From NCBI RefSeq assembly GCF_006345805.1, contig NC_042997.1, forward strand, positions 49,104,001 to 49,168,000: 64,000 bases of DNA. Reading direction: 5' to 3'. Position numbers and translations under genes: made by a program. The DNA is from Octopus sinensis. Taxonomy: Eukaryota. Shown one piece after another: positions 12,899 to 23,875 of the stretch. The notes beneath the pieces were generated by a model, which was given only the letters and a program-made list of their open reading frames with translations, searched no databases and had not been told where the DNA came from. How positions within the stretch are numbered: position 1 is the stretch's first letter; the number at the start of each line of letters is the position of its first letter.

Positions 12899-13177
12899 AC
12901 TGTTTCTTTACATGATTTCTTACATTCTGCACCATCTCATCAAACATATTTCAGAAATTGACTCTAGAATCTTTGACTTGTACTCAGCCTGTTCTTCTAT
13001 TACCACAAATATCTGACGCTATATATTTGAAGACTGCTTTTATCTTATTTCTTATTCAAGATGAACCATGAAATTAGTTGTTGGGATTTCTGAAAATTAC
13101 ATAAACATATTGAGTCAATTTCTGAAATATGTTTGATGAGACGGTGCAGAATGTAAGAAATCATGTAAAGAAACAGT
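12899..13177. repeat. Inverted repeat, 66-bp arms (1 mismatch), ~147-bp spacer
   Basis: 12899-12964 versus 13112-13177. Confidence 0.85.
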
Positions 13178-13361
13178 AATAATAGTCTATCAATCATCTA
13201 TCCATTCGGTAACAGTAAAAGTTTTACATCAGATATTTGCATAGATTGCTGAGATACTTTCAAAAAATAGTTTCCTTGTTTTGGAAAAAGTGTAAATAGC
13301 CAAATGGTTAAGATATTACACAACCAACTTAAAAGCTGTGAATTTATATCCTTATTTTATA

Positions 13362-14612
13362 TTAGGTTGTTCCGAAAATAATGGCCGATTTCAGAAACAT
13401 AATTTTGTTTTGGAAAAATTAAAAATAGAAATGTTTTGATTAGTCTGAGCCGTGAACGTCAATCAACGAGATTATTTATGCCTCGTTGACAAAAACTTAT
13501 TGGCTTTGATTCTAAGAAATCTTTGAAAGCTGATTCCACCTCTGGTTTGGACCTGAAAAATTTATATCTTAAAAACGTGTTTAAATACTTTAAAACATGG
13601 TAGTCAGTGGGTGAAAGATGAGGAGAATATGGCGAATGTGGCAAAGTCTCATTTCCCAAGTCTGTGAGTTTCTACAGCATCATTCTTGCAACTTGTAGCT
13701 TTGCATTATCATGGAGCAGAATTGGACAATGCCAATTCACCAATGCAGGTCTCAGTTTTTTTTTGCGAGTGAGCATGCATGTCAGCAAGTTGATTGCAGT
13801 AAACCACTGCTGTAATGCTCTGATTGGATTCCAGAAAGCTGTAATGGACAACACCTATTGCTGACCACCAGAGAGTCACCATAATTCTTTGCTGATGCAA
13901 CTTTGGCTTTGAGAAATGTTTGGGAGACTCATCACAATCAAGCCACTGACCTGATCATTTACAGTTATCATAAAGGAACCACTTTTCGTCACAAGTGACT
14001 ATTCGGTCAACAAAAGGATCATTGGTGTTTCACAGAAAGAGCATTGAGTACACTTCAAAATGCTGAACTTTTTGATTTTCAGTGAGCTCATGCAGTACCC
14101 GTTTATAGCGCTTTTTCACCTTACCAATCTTCTGCAGATTGTGTGAGACTGTTGCAAAACCAACACCAAGTGATTGAGATATTTCTCTGCTACTTTGACA
14201 TGGGCTTTGTTCAACAATTGCATTCAAGATTGCATGACCGTCTTCTACCATCTTCATCCACAAGGCTCGCATGACCACTATGGAATTTTTTAAACCACCT
14301 TCGTACTGTGCGAACAGTTGTAGACCCCTCTATCCATGTTCTGTTAATATTGGCAGCAGTTTGGGAGGCATTGTGCCCCAGCTTGAACTCATGCAAGAAA
14401 AGTTAGCAAAAGTCCTTTTTTGTCATGTTCATAATTAAGGGCGCTTATGCTTCAAGAATGTTTTCTGTTAGAAATAAGTAGACAATTATTAAAGAGCATT
14501 CATCAATTATTAAGTAGGTCGAAATTCACCTCAAATATAATTAAAATACTATGATAGAATTGCCTTTCGAAACACAACACTTAGAGTGGCCATTATTTTC
14601 AGAACAACCTAA
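13362..14612 (-). mobile_element. Full-length decayed mariner transposon with TIRs and TA TSD
   Basis: TA|TTAGGTTGTTCCGAAAATAATGGCC ... GGCCATTATTTTCAGAACAACCTAA|TA; fragments HEFKLGHNASQTAANIN, VRRWFKKF, MVTLWWS, ILLHDNA, PHSPYSPHLSPTDYH; stops and frameshifts. Confidence 0.92.
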
Positions 14613-15125
14613 TATTATGCCTGTATTAAGCATTATGAGCAAACAAGATGCCTAAACAAGAGAAGTGGCACCAAATAATCTGGAAAAATCATTAATCTGC
14701 AGCACATTTGCTGCTTCTAATGGTATGGAAACCAGACATTACTATCAGCCTAATAAAATACATGGGCTTCATTGTAAAAGTTGAAGCCAGAGGGGAAACT
14801 ATGCAGTCACTTGACCTGCTGGAAACAACAGCCTAATCTACATTAAAATTATATCATCATTTTCAAAACAAGAAAGAACACATTAGATGATGCTTTCTTA
14901 GATACTTGAAAAGTCGACATGGAGACAGCTGGAATGCTTTGATTATTATTGATCAGCAAGACCAAAGTTAAAAATGGCGCTAAACAACAACAATAAATAC
15001 TAAGCTTGACAAAATACTTTCTGGCCAATATTCCAAAAGCCAAAAGGGAAGAAACAATGAATCTAAAGGAGAAAGAACTGTTAAAGAGAGAAAGCTTAAA
15101 ACGTGGAGAACAAAATTCGGCTTAC

Positions 15126-15317
15126 GACTGATACGACGAGCATCATTGATTAATTTCTCAACTGAATCACTGACTTTCTTCATATGCGTAAGAAACTGTG
15201 AATCGTTGAAAGCTTGTGGGCTGGTTTTAATGACCTCTGTGTAATTACGCATCTCCTCCAGGTGCTTGCGGTGTTCGTTTACTTGTTGCTGGACCAAATT
15301 GTAACATGGTGGACAAT
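15126..15317 (-). CDS. LAMC1: Laminin gamma exon, start of coiled coil
   Basis: CPPCYNLVQQQVNEHRKHLEEMRNYTEVIKTSPQAFNDSQFLTHMKKVSDSVEKLINDARRIS; ctttacag| and |gtaagc. Confidence 0.92.
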
Positions 15318-15639
15318 CTGTAAAGGAAAGAGAAATCATAGTTTTTGATGGATTTCAAACTGAAACAAATTGAAAATAATCTAAATAATTATTATAATTA
15401 ATAGTAATTATTATAGTAATGATTTCTTTGGCTACAGTATACAAGAAAAGCAACAGGTAGTGAAGGGGTCCCAATATCTTACAGGTAATCATTTTACAAA
15501 AACAAATTAATGAAAAGACCGACTTTTATCATCCTCTACATTTAACATCCGTTTTCCATGCTAGTGTGGGTTGGACAGCTTGAAAGGAACTGGCAAGGCC
15601 AGGGGCAGCACCAGGCTCTTACTGCATAGGTATGTAATG

Positions 15640-16200
15640 TAAATTATGTCAGGTCACTTTCGAGTGCTACTGGTAACATGTAACCCAGTACAACCTGTTG
15701 CATGGTCGGGTTGTCGGAGACTAAACCGGCAACCCCACAAAGCTTGTTTGGTGAGGAGGGTGTTTATTGGACACCCTGCGGGATGAAAAACAAAACCCGT
15801 CAAAGGGCGGAGGAACTTTTGAGAGTCAACGGCCATCCAATAAATGTTTTAAGGGTGATCATGCGCGGGGACATAGAAATAATCAGACTGAATACCCGAT
15901 AGCGTGGTTAAACCATTGGGAGTGAAGGACTCCTAGCCTTTGTTAGGGCATCCTTCTAGGAGAAGGTAACTCAGGTAACTGGGATAACTCCGACATAAAA
16001 CCTGCAGCTCAGTGGTTACCGATGATGTTGACTTGTTCTTCTTTTCGGATTATGGCTGCTGTTGCTTATTGAGTGGGATTGACTCAGTGCACAACCTTTG
16101 CTCACTTTAAAAAAATCTTCTTGCACAGGCATTGCATGATAACAACATTGATTAAGATTCGTGCAATGGCCATACTCGATAACGAGGGGGCAGTCACCAT
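15640..16200 (+). mobile_element. Probable 5' UTR fragment of an RTE-type element
   Basis: GC-richer island with several hairpins and GGGCATCCTTCTAGGAGAAGGTAACTC, resembling a motif I recall from RTE 5' UTRs. Confidence 0.4.
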
Positions 16201-16551
16201 GTAATATAAATGTGTGTGTGTGTGTGTGTATGAATGTATGTATATATGTATGTAGGTTGGTAGGCAGGTACATATGTATGTAGGAAGGGAGGCAGACAGA
16301 TAGATATAGATATATACATATGTATTGGAAAGTAAGTTCAACTATATGACTAGTTGGTAAGATAAAAAAAAATATAATAAAATTACATAGTTATTGAGTT
16401 ATTGATAAGAGAACAAACTGAAGATGACCAATGGTTAAGAGGAAAGATGCCACATGATTAAATAGAAAACGGTTATGGAACAAAGTCAGTGACATGATAC
16501 AAATGACAAGAATGGGATAAAAGAAGAGAAAAAAAAAGACTGTAGGACTTT

Positions 16552-16945
16552 AGATCTGGATGGAAGCACTCCGTCAGTTACGACGATGAGGGTTCCGGTT
16601 GATCCGAATCAACGGAACAGCCTGCTCGTGAAATTAATGTGTAAGTGGCTGAGCACTCCACAGACACGTGTACCCTTAACGTAGTTCTCGGGGATATTCA
16701 GCGTGACACAGAGAGTGACAAGGCCGACCCCTTGAAATACAGGTACAACAGAAACAGGAAGTAAGAGTGAGAGAAAGTTGTGGTGAAAGAGTACAGCAGG
16801 GATCACCACCACCCCCTGCCAGAGCCTTGTGGAGCTTTTAGGTGTTTTCGCTCAATAAACACTCACAACGCCCGGTCTGGGAATCGAAACCGCGATCCAA
16901 TGACCGCGAGTCCGCTGCCCTAACCACTGGGCCATTGCGCCTCCA
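16552..16945 (-). mobile_element. tRNA(Arg)-like SINE family B (related copies ~17417-17722 and ~31400-31640)
   Basis: Head GGAGGCGCAATGGCCCAGTGGTTAGGGCAGCGGACTCGCGG...GGTTTCGATTCCC; TCG anticodon-like loop, consistent with octopus tRNA-Arg-derived SINEs (family name not verified). Confidence 0.75.
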
Positions 16946-16963
16946 CACTTTAGATCTACTCAC

Positions 16964-17101
16964 CAATACAACCAGCAGTGATGTTATACTTGTTTTCTTG
17001 ACACCGGTCACATCTGTCCCCTGTAGTTGTTGGACGACATTTGCAGGCCCCTTTGTCATCACATTGCTGGTCATAGGAACCAAGGGGATCACACTGACAA
17101 C
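16964..17101 (-). CDS. LAMC1: Laminin gamma exon, last LE
   Basis: [45 protein letters not shown]; not in the supplied ORF track in this frame; attacag| and |gtgagt. Confidence 0.92.
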
Positions 17102-17381
17102 CTGTAATTCATAAAATTGGTAAAATACATATTCAGGTATAAAACAAAAATGCTTGACATATATGTGTGCGAGTGTGTATGTGTGTGCATACATACATAT
17201 ATACACACAAACATAGTCTGGTAAAGGCTAGTAGGATGAAAATATGAAGTCCCCATTGCCCTGCTACTTGTCAAAGTTTAATAAAAATGTGCCCAGTTAA
17301 AATGTATTGTGTAATTCTTAAGTTTAATGTTACACTGTTGTTTTTTTCTATTAATATATAACTTGACATAAAAACAAACAT

Positions 17382-17420
<39 letters not shown>

Positions 17421-18270
17421 CGTGATCACCGTGACCGACCAGGTTATCAGATGTTGCTACACATCGCTGGTCACAATGCACTTCACATTGTTTTAGTCTT
17501 CAAATGACACTACCCTGCTGGCTAAGTGAGCAGGCCAACAGAAGAAAAAGAGAAAGTTGTGGTGAAAGAGTACAGCAGGGATCACCACCACCCCCTGTTG
17601 GAGCCTCATTGAGCTTTAGGTGTTTTCGCTCAATAAACACTCAAAACACCTGGTCTGGGAATCGAAATCATGATCCTACAACTGCGAGTCCGCTGCCCTA
17701 ACCACTGGGCCATTGTGCTTCCATGTGTATATATATATATATATAACTGACTGCCTTACAATCTCCATCACTGCTCGGCTCTGTGTATCACTGCCTTCAC
17801 TACTCCATTTTTATACTCAGGTCTTTGTGTCTATTAATATATAATTCAACATAAAATAAACAAATATATATAGATATATATAACTATGATTGTCTTCCAA
17901 TCCCCTTCTCACTGCCCTGCTCATTGTATCGCTGCTTTCTCCCAACCCATTTAGCAACTGCTTTCCATGCTGGCATGGGTTAGATGGTTTGACAGGACCT
18001 GGTAAGCTGGATAGCCACATCAAGTTCCACTCTAATATGGCATGTTTTCTATGGCTGGGGGACCCTTCCTAATGCCAATATATGACAAAGTACTAAAAAG
18101 TTCCTGGCTTTAAGAATATCTGAGTTCTTTTACATGGCTTAAAAAAACTGAAGGACCACTGCAATAAGTGTGTGAATCTGAGAGGAGAAAATGTTGAATA
18201 AAATCATGATTAACTGAACCTCCTGTACTATCTTTTACCCGAAGCCAAGAACATTTCCAGTATCCCCTCA

Positions 18271-19312
18271 TGGAATGGCCAAGGGAACGAGAATGGGCCC
18301 TAGCTATGCGAACCTGTTCGTTGGCTACGTTGAGGCACAAATATTTTCACAATTCATTGGTCACACTCCCGAACTATATGGTCATTATATTGATGACTGT
18401 ATTGGTGTAACCTCACTCTCCCACAAATAACTAGAATCCTGCATCTCTTTGTCCAATCCTTCCATCCTGCCCTCGAATTCTCCAGCACCATTTCCAACAC
18501 TTCTGTCGCCTTTCTTGACATTTTGGTCAACATACACAACTCCACTCTCACTACCTCCATTCAATACAAACACACCGACTCACACTCATACCTCAACTTC
18601 TCCTCCTCCCACCCTACCCACACAAAACTCCCCATCCCCTACTCCCAATTCCTCCATCTGCGTAAGCTCTGCAGTGACAACCATGACTTTAACTCAGTTT
18701 CAACTCATGGCTTGACACTTCATCCTTCGTGGATATCTCCTCACCACTATCCACACCACCCTTGCCAGAGCACATTCCATAGCCCCTGCCACTGTTCTCC
18801 CTGTGCCCACCCTGTCATTACCCATCTCTAGTTTCCCCTCAACTACCACTCCTCCACTCTGCCTCTCCAATGCACCATTCTGCAAGCCTTCCAGTGACTC
18901 CAGTCCAACCCCTCCACTTTGCACATCTTCCCCAACTTACCCCTCCCCTCCTTCAAATGAGCCCACAACCTACGTGATTTCCTGATCTGCAGTTTCTTCC
19001 CTAACCCCACCTTCCAACTTGGCTCGTTCCCCTGCTCCCACCCACACTGCTGCAGTTGCCCCTACTTCTCTCCAACACTACCATCTTCACAGGCACCTAT
19101 CACCATCCTTATCACTGACTCCTTTACATGTACTTCTAGCAACGTCATTTACTGCATCTCTTGCACTTTCTGTCCTCTTTCTGTTCCTTTCTGATGAAGA
19201 GCATAGGCTTGAAATGTAAAATATTTTCTCACCTTCCTGGGCATTAAACTAATACACCTGTTTGTTGTTTATACACCTGTCTTCGTCTTTTGTTTTTCTG
19301 TAAATTTCAACT
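18271..19312 (+). mobile_element. Degenerate Penelope-like element fragment: RT, start of GIY-YIG region, terminal repeat with hammerhead motif
   Basis: GMAKGTRMGPSYANLFVGYVE, YIDDCIG, FLDI, YKHTDSHSYLNFSSSHP, IPYSQFL; FTCTSSNVIYCISC; CTGATGAAGAGC-ATAG-GCTTGAAATGTA at 19191-19218. Confidence 0.85.
19188..19221 (+). ncRNA. Minimal type I hammerhead ribozyme motif of PLE type, decayed
   Basis: CUGAUGA core, extra A, stem II GAGC/GCUU, GAAA, UG-UA; two changes look like CpG decay from GCUC and CG. Confidence 0.6.
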
Positions 19313-19973
19313 ATATATATGTGTGTGTGTGTATATATATATAAGACATATAGCAACACACACATAGGTGTTCTATATAAAATATCAGATTACATCTAAT
19401 TCACACATGCACCAACAATAACAACAATTCTTGCTTTGGTTCCCCAACTGATGAGACTCTAGGAATGCCACCATGATATTATATATGGTGGTAAGACTTG
19501 TGCAGTTTTAGACATGGTAGACTACATCCCTCTTTAAATCTGCCTACAGTTGACTGCCTTCAGAAAGAGAAACAAGCAGACAGGCAGGAGGTAAATTGAT
19601 CCCAGTACAAAACCAGTATTTTATTAATTCTGAAATTATGGAAAGCCTAAGTGAAATTCAGGATGTAAATATTTACACAGACATACATGACTACACACAG
19701 TGAGAGAGAGAGTGGAGAGAGAGAGAGAGAGAGTATTTCTTTATTCACCATTAGGTTGAGAAAAAGAGGAGACAATACGGGGACAGACAAAACAAACGTT
19801 GGGGTCAGGGTACGAAACTATGAATAAACAAACAGACAGACAGACAAACAAACAAAGAGAGGGAGAGTAATCTGTGGAAATCACATAGCACAGAACAAAA
19901 GCTACCATGTAGCAAGTGGAGTCAATTAAATATTTGAGTTTCACGAGGAGTATTTAATCATAGGGTTACTCAC

Positions 19974-20126
19974 GTTTACAGCCATCAACTGAAAATCCAT
20001 AGTGATAAGGTAAGCATTTACCACATCGCTTGCCGACAATGTTATTTTTACATTTACACTGGCCTGTGCCGTGGTCACATTCGCTTTCCAGCGAACCGAT
20101 TGAGTTGCAACGGCAAGATTCACAAC
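19974..20126 (-). CDS. LAMC1: Laminin gamma exon, LE
   Basis: CESCRCNSIGSLESECDHGTGQCKCKNNIVGKRCGKCLPYHYGFSVDGCK; tctgcag| and |gtgagt. Confidence 0.93.
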
Positions 20127-20203
20127 CTGCAGATAAGAAGATTATCATTAAAGCAAAAGATAGTCTTAAAGAGTTCATATGAAATAAAGAGGTGAATACA
20201 TCG

Positions 20204-20422
20204 TTAACCTTTTAACATTTACATTATTTTGTGAAATATAATGCTTATTTATTCTCATTGATTTGACTTTGTTATGCATTACCTTTTAGCTTTAAAATTT
20301 TAATGACATAATTGTTTATATTCAGAATAATATTGTAGGAGAAGTGCAAGAGGCCAGATCTGGCCAGTTTGAAGATAAAACAGAACTGGACATTTTGGCC
20401 AGTTTGAATGTTAAAAGGTTAA
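20204..20422. mobile_element. piggyBac-type MITE family 2 (related copies 20423-20643, ~32848-33070, ~47996-48213, 51158-51606, ~60253-60472)
   Basis: TTAA|CCTTTTAACATT ... AATGTTAAAAGG|TTAA; shared internal CCAGATCTGGCC motif. Confidence 0.75.
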
Positions 20423-20680
20423 ACCCTTTAGCATTCAGATTATTTTGTCAAATGTAATTCTTATCTATTCCCATTATTATGAATTAACCATGCATTATCT
20501 TGTAGCTTCAAGATTTCAATGATGCAATTATCTATTTTCAGAATGACATTATAGGGTAGGTGTGAGAAACCAGATCTAGCCAGTTTGAACATAAAACAGA
20601 TAGAATATTTTGGCCAAATATAACTGGTTTAAATGCTAAAGTTTGGTTTCCATATGACATGTGACACCCAAATTTTATTC

Positions 20681-20682
<2 letters not shown>

Positions 20683-20723
<41 letters not shown>

Positions 20724-20800
20724 TATACACACATATATGTATATATATCCACATACATATATATACACACACATATATATATATATATATACATATATAC

Positions 20801-20831
<31 letters not shown>

Positions 20832-20855
20832 CATATATATATACTACATATATAC

Positions 20856-20888
<33 letters not shown>

Positions 20889-21032
20889 CATATATATATA
20901 CATATATAATATATATACATATATACATACATATATATATACATATATATAATATATATACATATATATATATATATATACATAGATACATACATATATA
21001 TACATACATATATATTATATACATATATATAT

Positions 21033-21076
<44 letters not shown>

Positions 21077-21140
21077 CATACATATATATACATATATATA
21101 CATATACATACTATATATATATACATATATATATATATAC

Positions 21141-21181
<41 letters not shown>

Positions 21182-21310
21182 CATACATATATATATATAC
21201 ATATAAATATATATATATATACATACATATAAATATATATATATACATACATACATACATGTATGTGTGTATATATATGTGTGCATGTGCATGCATGTGT
21301 GTGTGTATAT
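20683..21310. repeat. Compound (TA)/(TACA) microsatellite, ~630 bp
   Basis: Direct inspection. Confidence 0.97.
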
Positions 21311-21521
21311 CATCATCATCATCATCGTCGTTTAACGTCCGTTCTCCATGCTAGCATATATATACACAATATAATATAAATATAAGAGAGTGGTCACTAT
21401 ATGGGCTCACTCTAGCACCAGTTAATCCAAAAGGTTTCAACCACTAAAAATACATGTTTCCCATGAAAGTCATACGATTGTTAGCTCACACGGACAGGGC
21501 TAATAAAAAATAACAAAAATA

Positions 21522-21616
21522 CAGATTATCTTGGGACAATTGTTTCGCTATTAATGAATTAAATGTAATTTTACTTACAAAAAATCCACTTGTAGCTCAT
21601 CGGCCAAAACTATCTG
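21522..21616 (-). ncRNA. Mirror copy of the hammerhead fold, sense to the laminin pre-mRNA; predicted cleavage between 21535 and 21534
   Basis: Reverse complement of 22330-22425, differing by one base in the stem II loop T-run. Confidence 0.75.
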
Positions 21617-22329
21617 GATGAAATCCACTCAATCACACGCCAGATTTTTACCATAACGATAAATACGCGTGTGGTTCAATTGATTACATCCGACGTTATA
21701 ATTCAAATGCCCCAACTAACAGCGCGCCAAACTTTCACGGAAAACAATACAGCATTTAGAAATAAATGCAGCATAATTATAATTAATTAATAAGGGTGAG
21801 AGAATTAGATACTAATTTAATAGTATATCCATTCAACACCAAGTGGCCTAGTGCTCCGAGAAACCTGGATTATTATAATATTTTATAATATATTATAATA
21901 TTTTTACAAAATAAATATAAGAGAGTGGTCACTATATGGCTCACTCTAGCACGAAACATGTATTTTTAGTGGTTGAAACCTTTTGGATTAACTGGTGCTA
22001 GAGTGAGCCATATAGTGACCACTCTCTTATATTATTTTGTAAAAATATTATAATATATTATAAAATATTATAATAATCCAGGTTTCTCAGAGCACTAGGC
22101 CACTTGGTGTTGAATGGATATACTATTAAATTAGTATCTAATTCTCTCACCCTTATTAATTAATTATATTATGCTGCATTTATTTCTAAATGCTGTATTT
22201 GTTTTCCGTGAAAGTTTGGCGCGCTGTTAGTTGGGGCATTTGAATTATAACGTCGGATGTAATCAATTGAACCACACGCGTATTTATCGTTATGGTAAAA
22301 ATCTGGCGTGTGATTGAGTGGATTTCATC

Positions 22330-22425
22330 CAGATAGTTTTGGCCGATGAGCTACAAGTGGATTTTTTTGTAAGTAAAATTACATTTAATTCATTAATAGC
22401 GAAACAATTGTCCCAAGATAATCTG
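22330..22425 (+). ncRNA. Type I hammerhead ribozyme fold (U4C core variant); predicted cleavage after GUC at 22412
   Basis: Stem I CAGAU/AUCUG plus UUUUGG/CCAAGA; core CCGAUGA; stem II GCUA/UAGC; GAAA; palindromic stem III CAAUUG; UC. Confidence 0.75.
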
Positions 22426-22760
22426 TATTTTTGTTATTTTTTATTAGCCCTGTCCGTGTGAGCTAACAATCGTACTGACTTTCATGGGAAACATGTATTT
22501 TTAGTGGTTGAAACCTTTTGGATTAACTGGTGCTAGAGTGAGCCATATAGTGACCACTCTCTTATATTTATTTTGTAAAAATATTATAATATATTATAAA
22601 ATATTATAATAATCCAGGTTTCTCGGAGCACTAGGCCACTTGGTGTTGAATGGATATACTATTAAATTAGTATCTAATTCTCTCACCCTTATTAATTAAT
22701 TATACACAATATATATATATATATATATACACATACATATTATATATTAATAAACTTTAC

Positions 22761-22907
22761 CATTTCCACTTTCTAAATTCCAGTAGCCAGGTGCACATCT
22801 ATCACATTTGAGTCCTTCAACATGAAGCTGACATGGACACTGTCCATTTCTTGGATCACAAGAATACATTCCAGTGTGAAGGATTCCTTTGGGATTACAA
22901 TTACAGG
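22761..22907 (-). CDS. LAMC1: Laminin gamma exon, LE
   Basis: [48 protein letters not shown]; tttcag| and |gtaaag. Confidence 0.93.
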
Positions 22908-23557
22908 CTGAAATAAGAGAGAAAAACAAGAGATATAGAAAGTGACTAAAAGAGAAAGAAAAAAAAGATTTCAAAGGACTTATAAAAAGAAAACAGAAAA
23001 TATTTCAATTCTGTTTTGAGTGTGTTTGTTGTAGTGATTTTGTATTAATGCATCTTGCCAATCTGTCCTTAGACTTTGAATTACTTTTCACATCCACTTT
23101 GTCAAAACATCTATTTTCTGCATCCCTTAATTGCTTTGAATCAAAACATTTTACAAATCAAAAACTTCCATAAAGCTAACTGCAACTTCAGAAGTATTGT
23201 TTTAAAGCATCCTCTCAAGAATTCTAACTATTCTTTCTCTAAACATGCAATGCTCTTCTAAACAAGATGCATCAGGCGTTGAGGTAGCAGAATCATTAGA
23301 ACACCAGAAAAATGTTAAGCAACATTTCTTGCGATTCTTTACATTCTGAACAGAAATTCATGCCAAAGTCAATTTTGCCTTTCATCCTTTCAGGATCAAT
23401 AACGCAAGTACCAGTTGAATACTGGGGGTGAATGTAATCAACTATGCACCCTCCTGCAAAATTTCAGGCTTTGGGACTGTAGTAGAAAGAATTATTTAAA
23501 GACATATAGCCTGCAGGAAAGCTGTATAAATAAGAATGAATTCATGTTGTGACTAAC

Positions 23558-23670
23558 CTTTACATTGTCCCTTTGGCAAAGCAAGGGCATCACCATAATA
23601 ATTGGGTAAACATCTTTCGCAGTAAAAGCCAGCAGTGTTGTGAAGACATATCAAACATTCACCTGTGGTC
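23558..23670 (-). CDS. LAMC1: Laminin gamma exon, LE
   Basis: [37 protein letters not shown]; taaacag| and |gttagt. Confidence 0.93.
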
Positions 23671-23875
23671 CTGTTTAGCAATAAATCAATACAAATCAAG
23701 TATAAGTATACATTTTGGCATTTCAAAAAGTAATCATCATCAATTTGCACTTCTTTGTGTTTCTTAATTTCATGCTGGGCAAAAGGAACAAAATGAATAT
23801 CGTTACAGCACTGAACAGGGAGTAAATAGCTGGCAAGTGTGAAATTATTTTAAATGAAAACATGCTACTTCTCAC

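Larger units (their letters stand above)
21374..22700. mobile_element. Fold-back insertion of a 535-bp hammerhead-bearing monomer (retrozyme/Penelope-like, non-autonomous)
   Basis: 21376-21952 is the reverse complement of 21995-22571; 535-bp internal periodicity; direct repeat TATACACAATATA at 21361-21373 and 22701-22713. Confidence 0.8.

Noticed and set aside
13459-14396. Domesticated SETMAR-like or active transposase
   Set aside because: The coding region is broken into several frames with stops and has no SET domain; it is a dead mariner copy.
16870-16945. tRNA genes at SINE heads (also 60770-60843 and family A heads)
   Set aside because: A/B boxes run straight into SINE bodies, acceptor stems are not intact, and there are multiple diverged copies.
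19447-19470. CTGATGA as a hammerhead core (also 24615 and CTGAGGA at ~32046)
   Set aside because: No correctly placed stem II-GAAA-stem III-NUH arrangement could be built.
22470-22500. Second hammerhead in the 535-bp monomer around CTGACTTTCATGGGAAACATGTA
   Set aside because: It has GAAA plus a palindromic CATG, but the core lacks G8/A9 and stem II does not pair.
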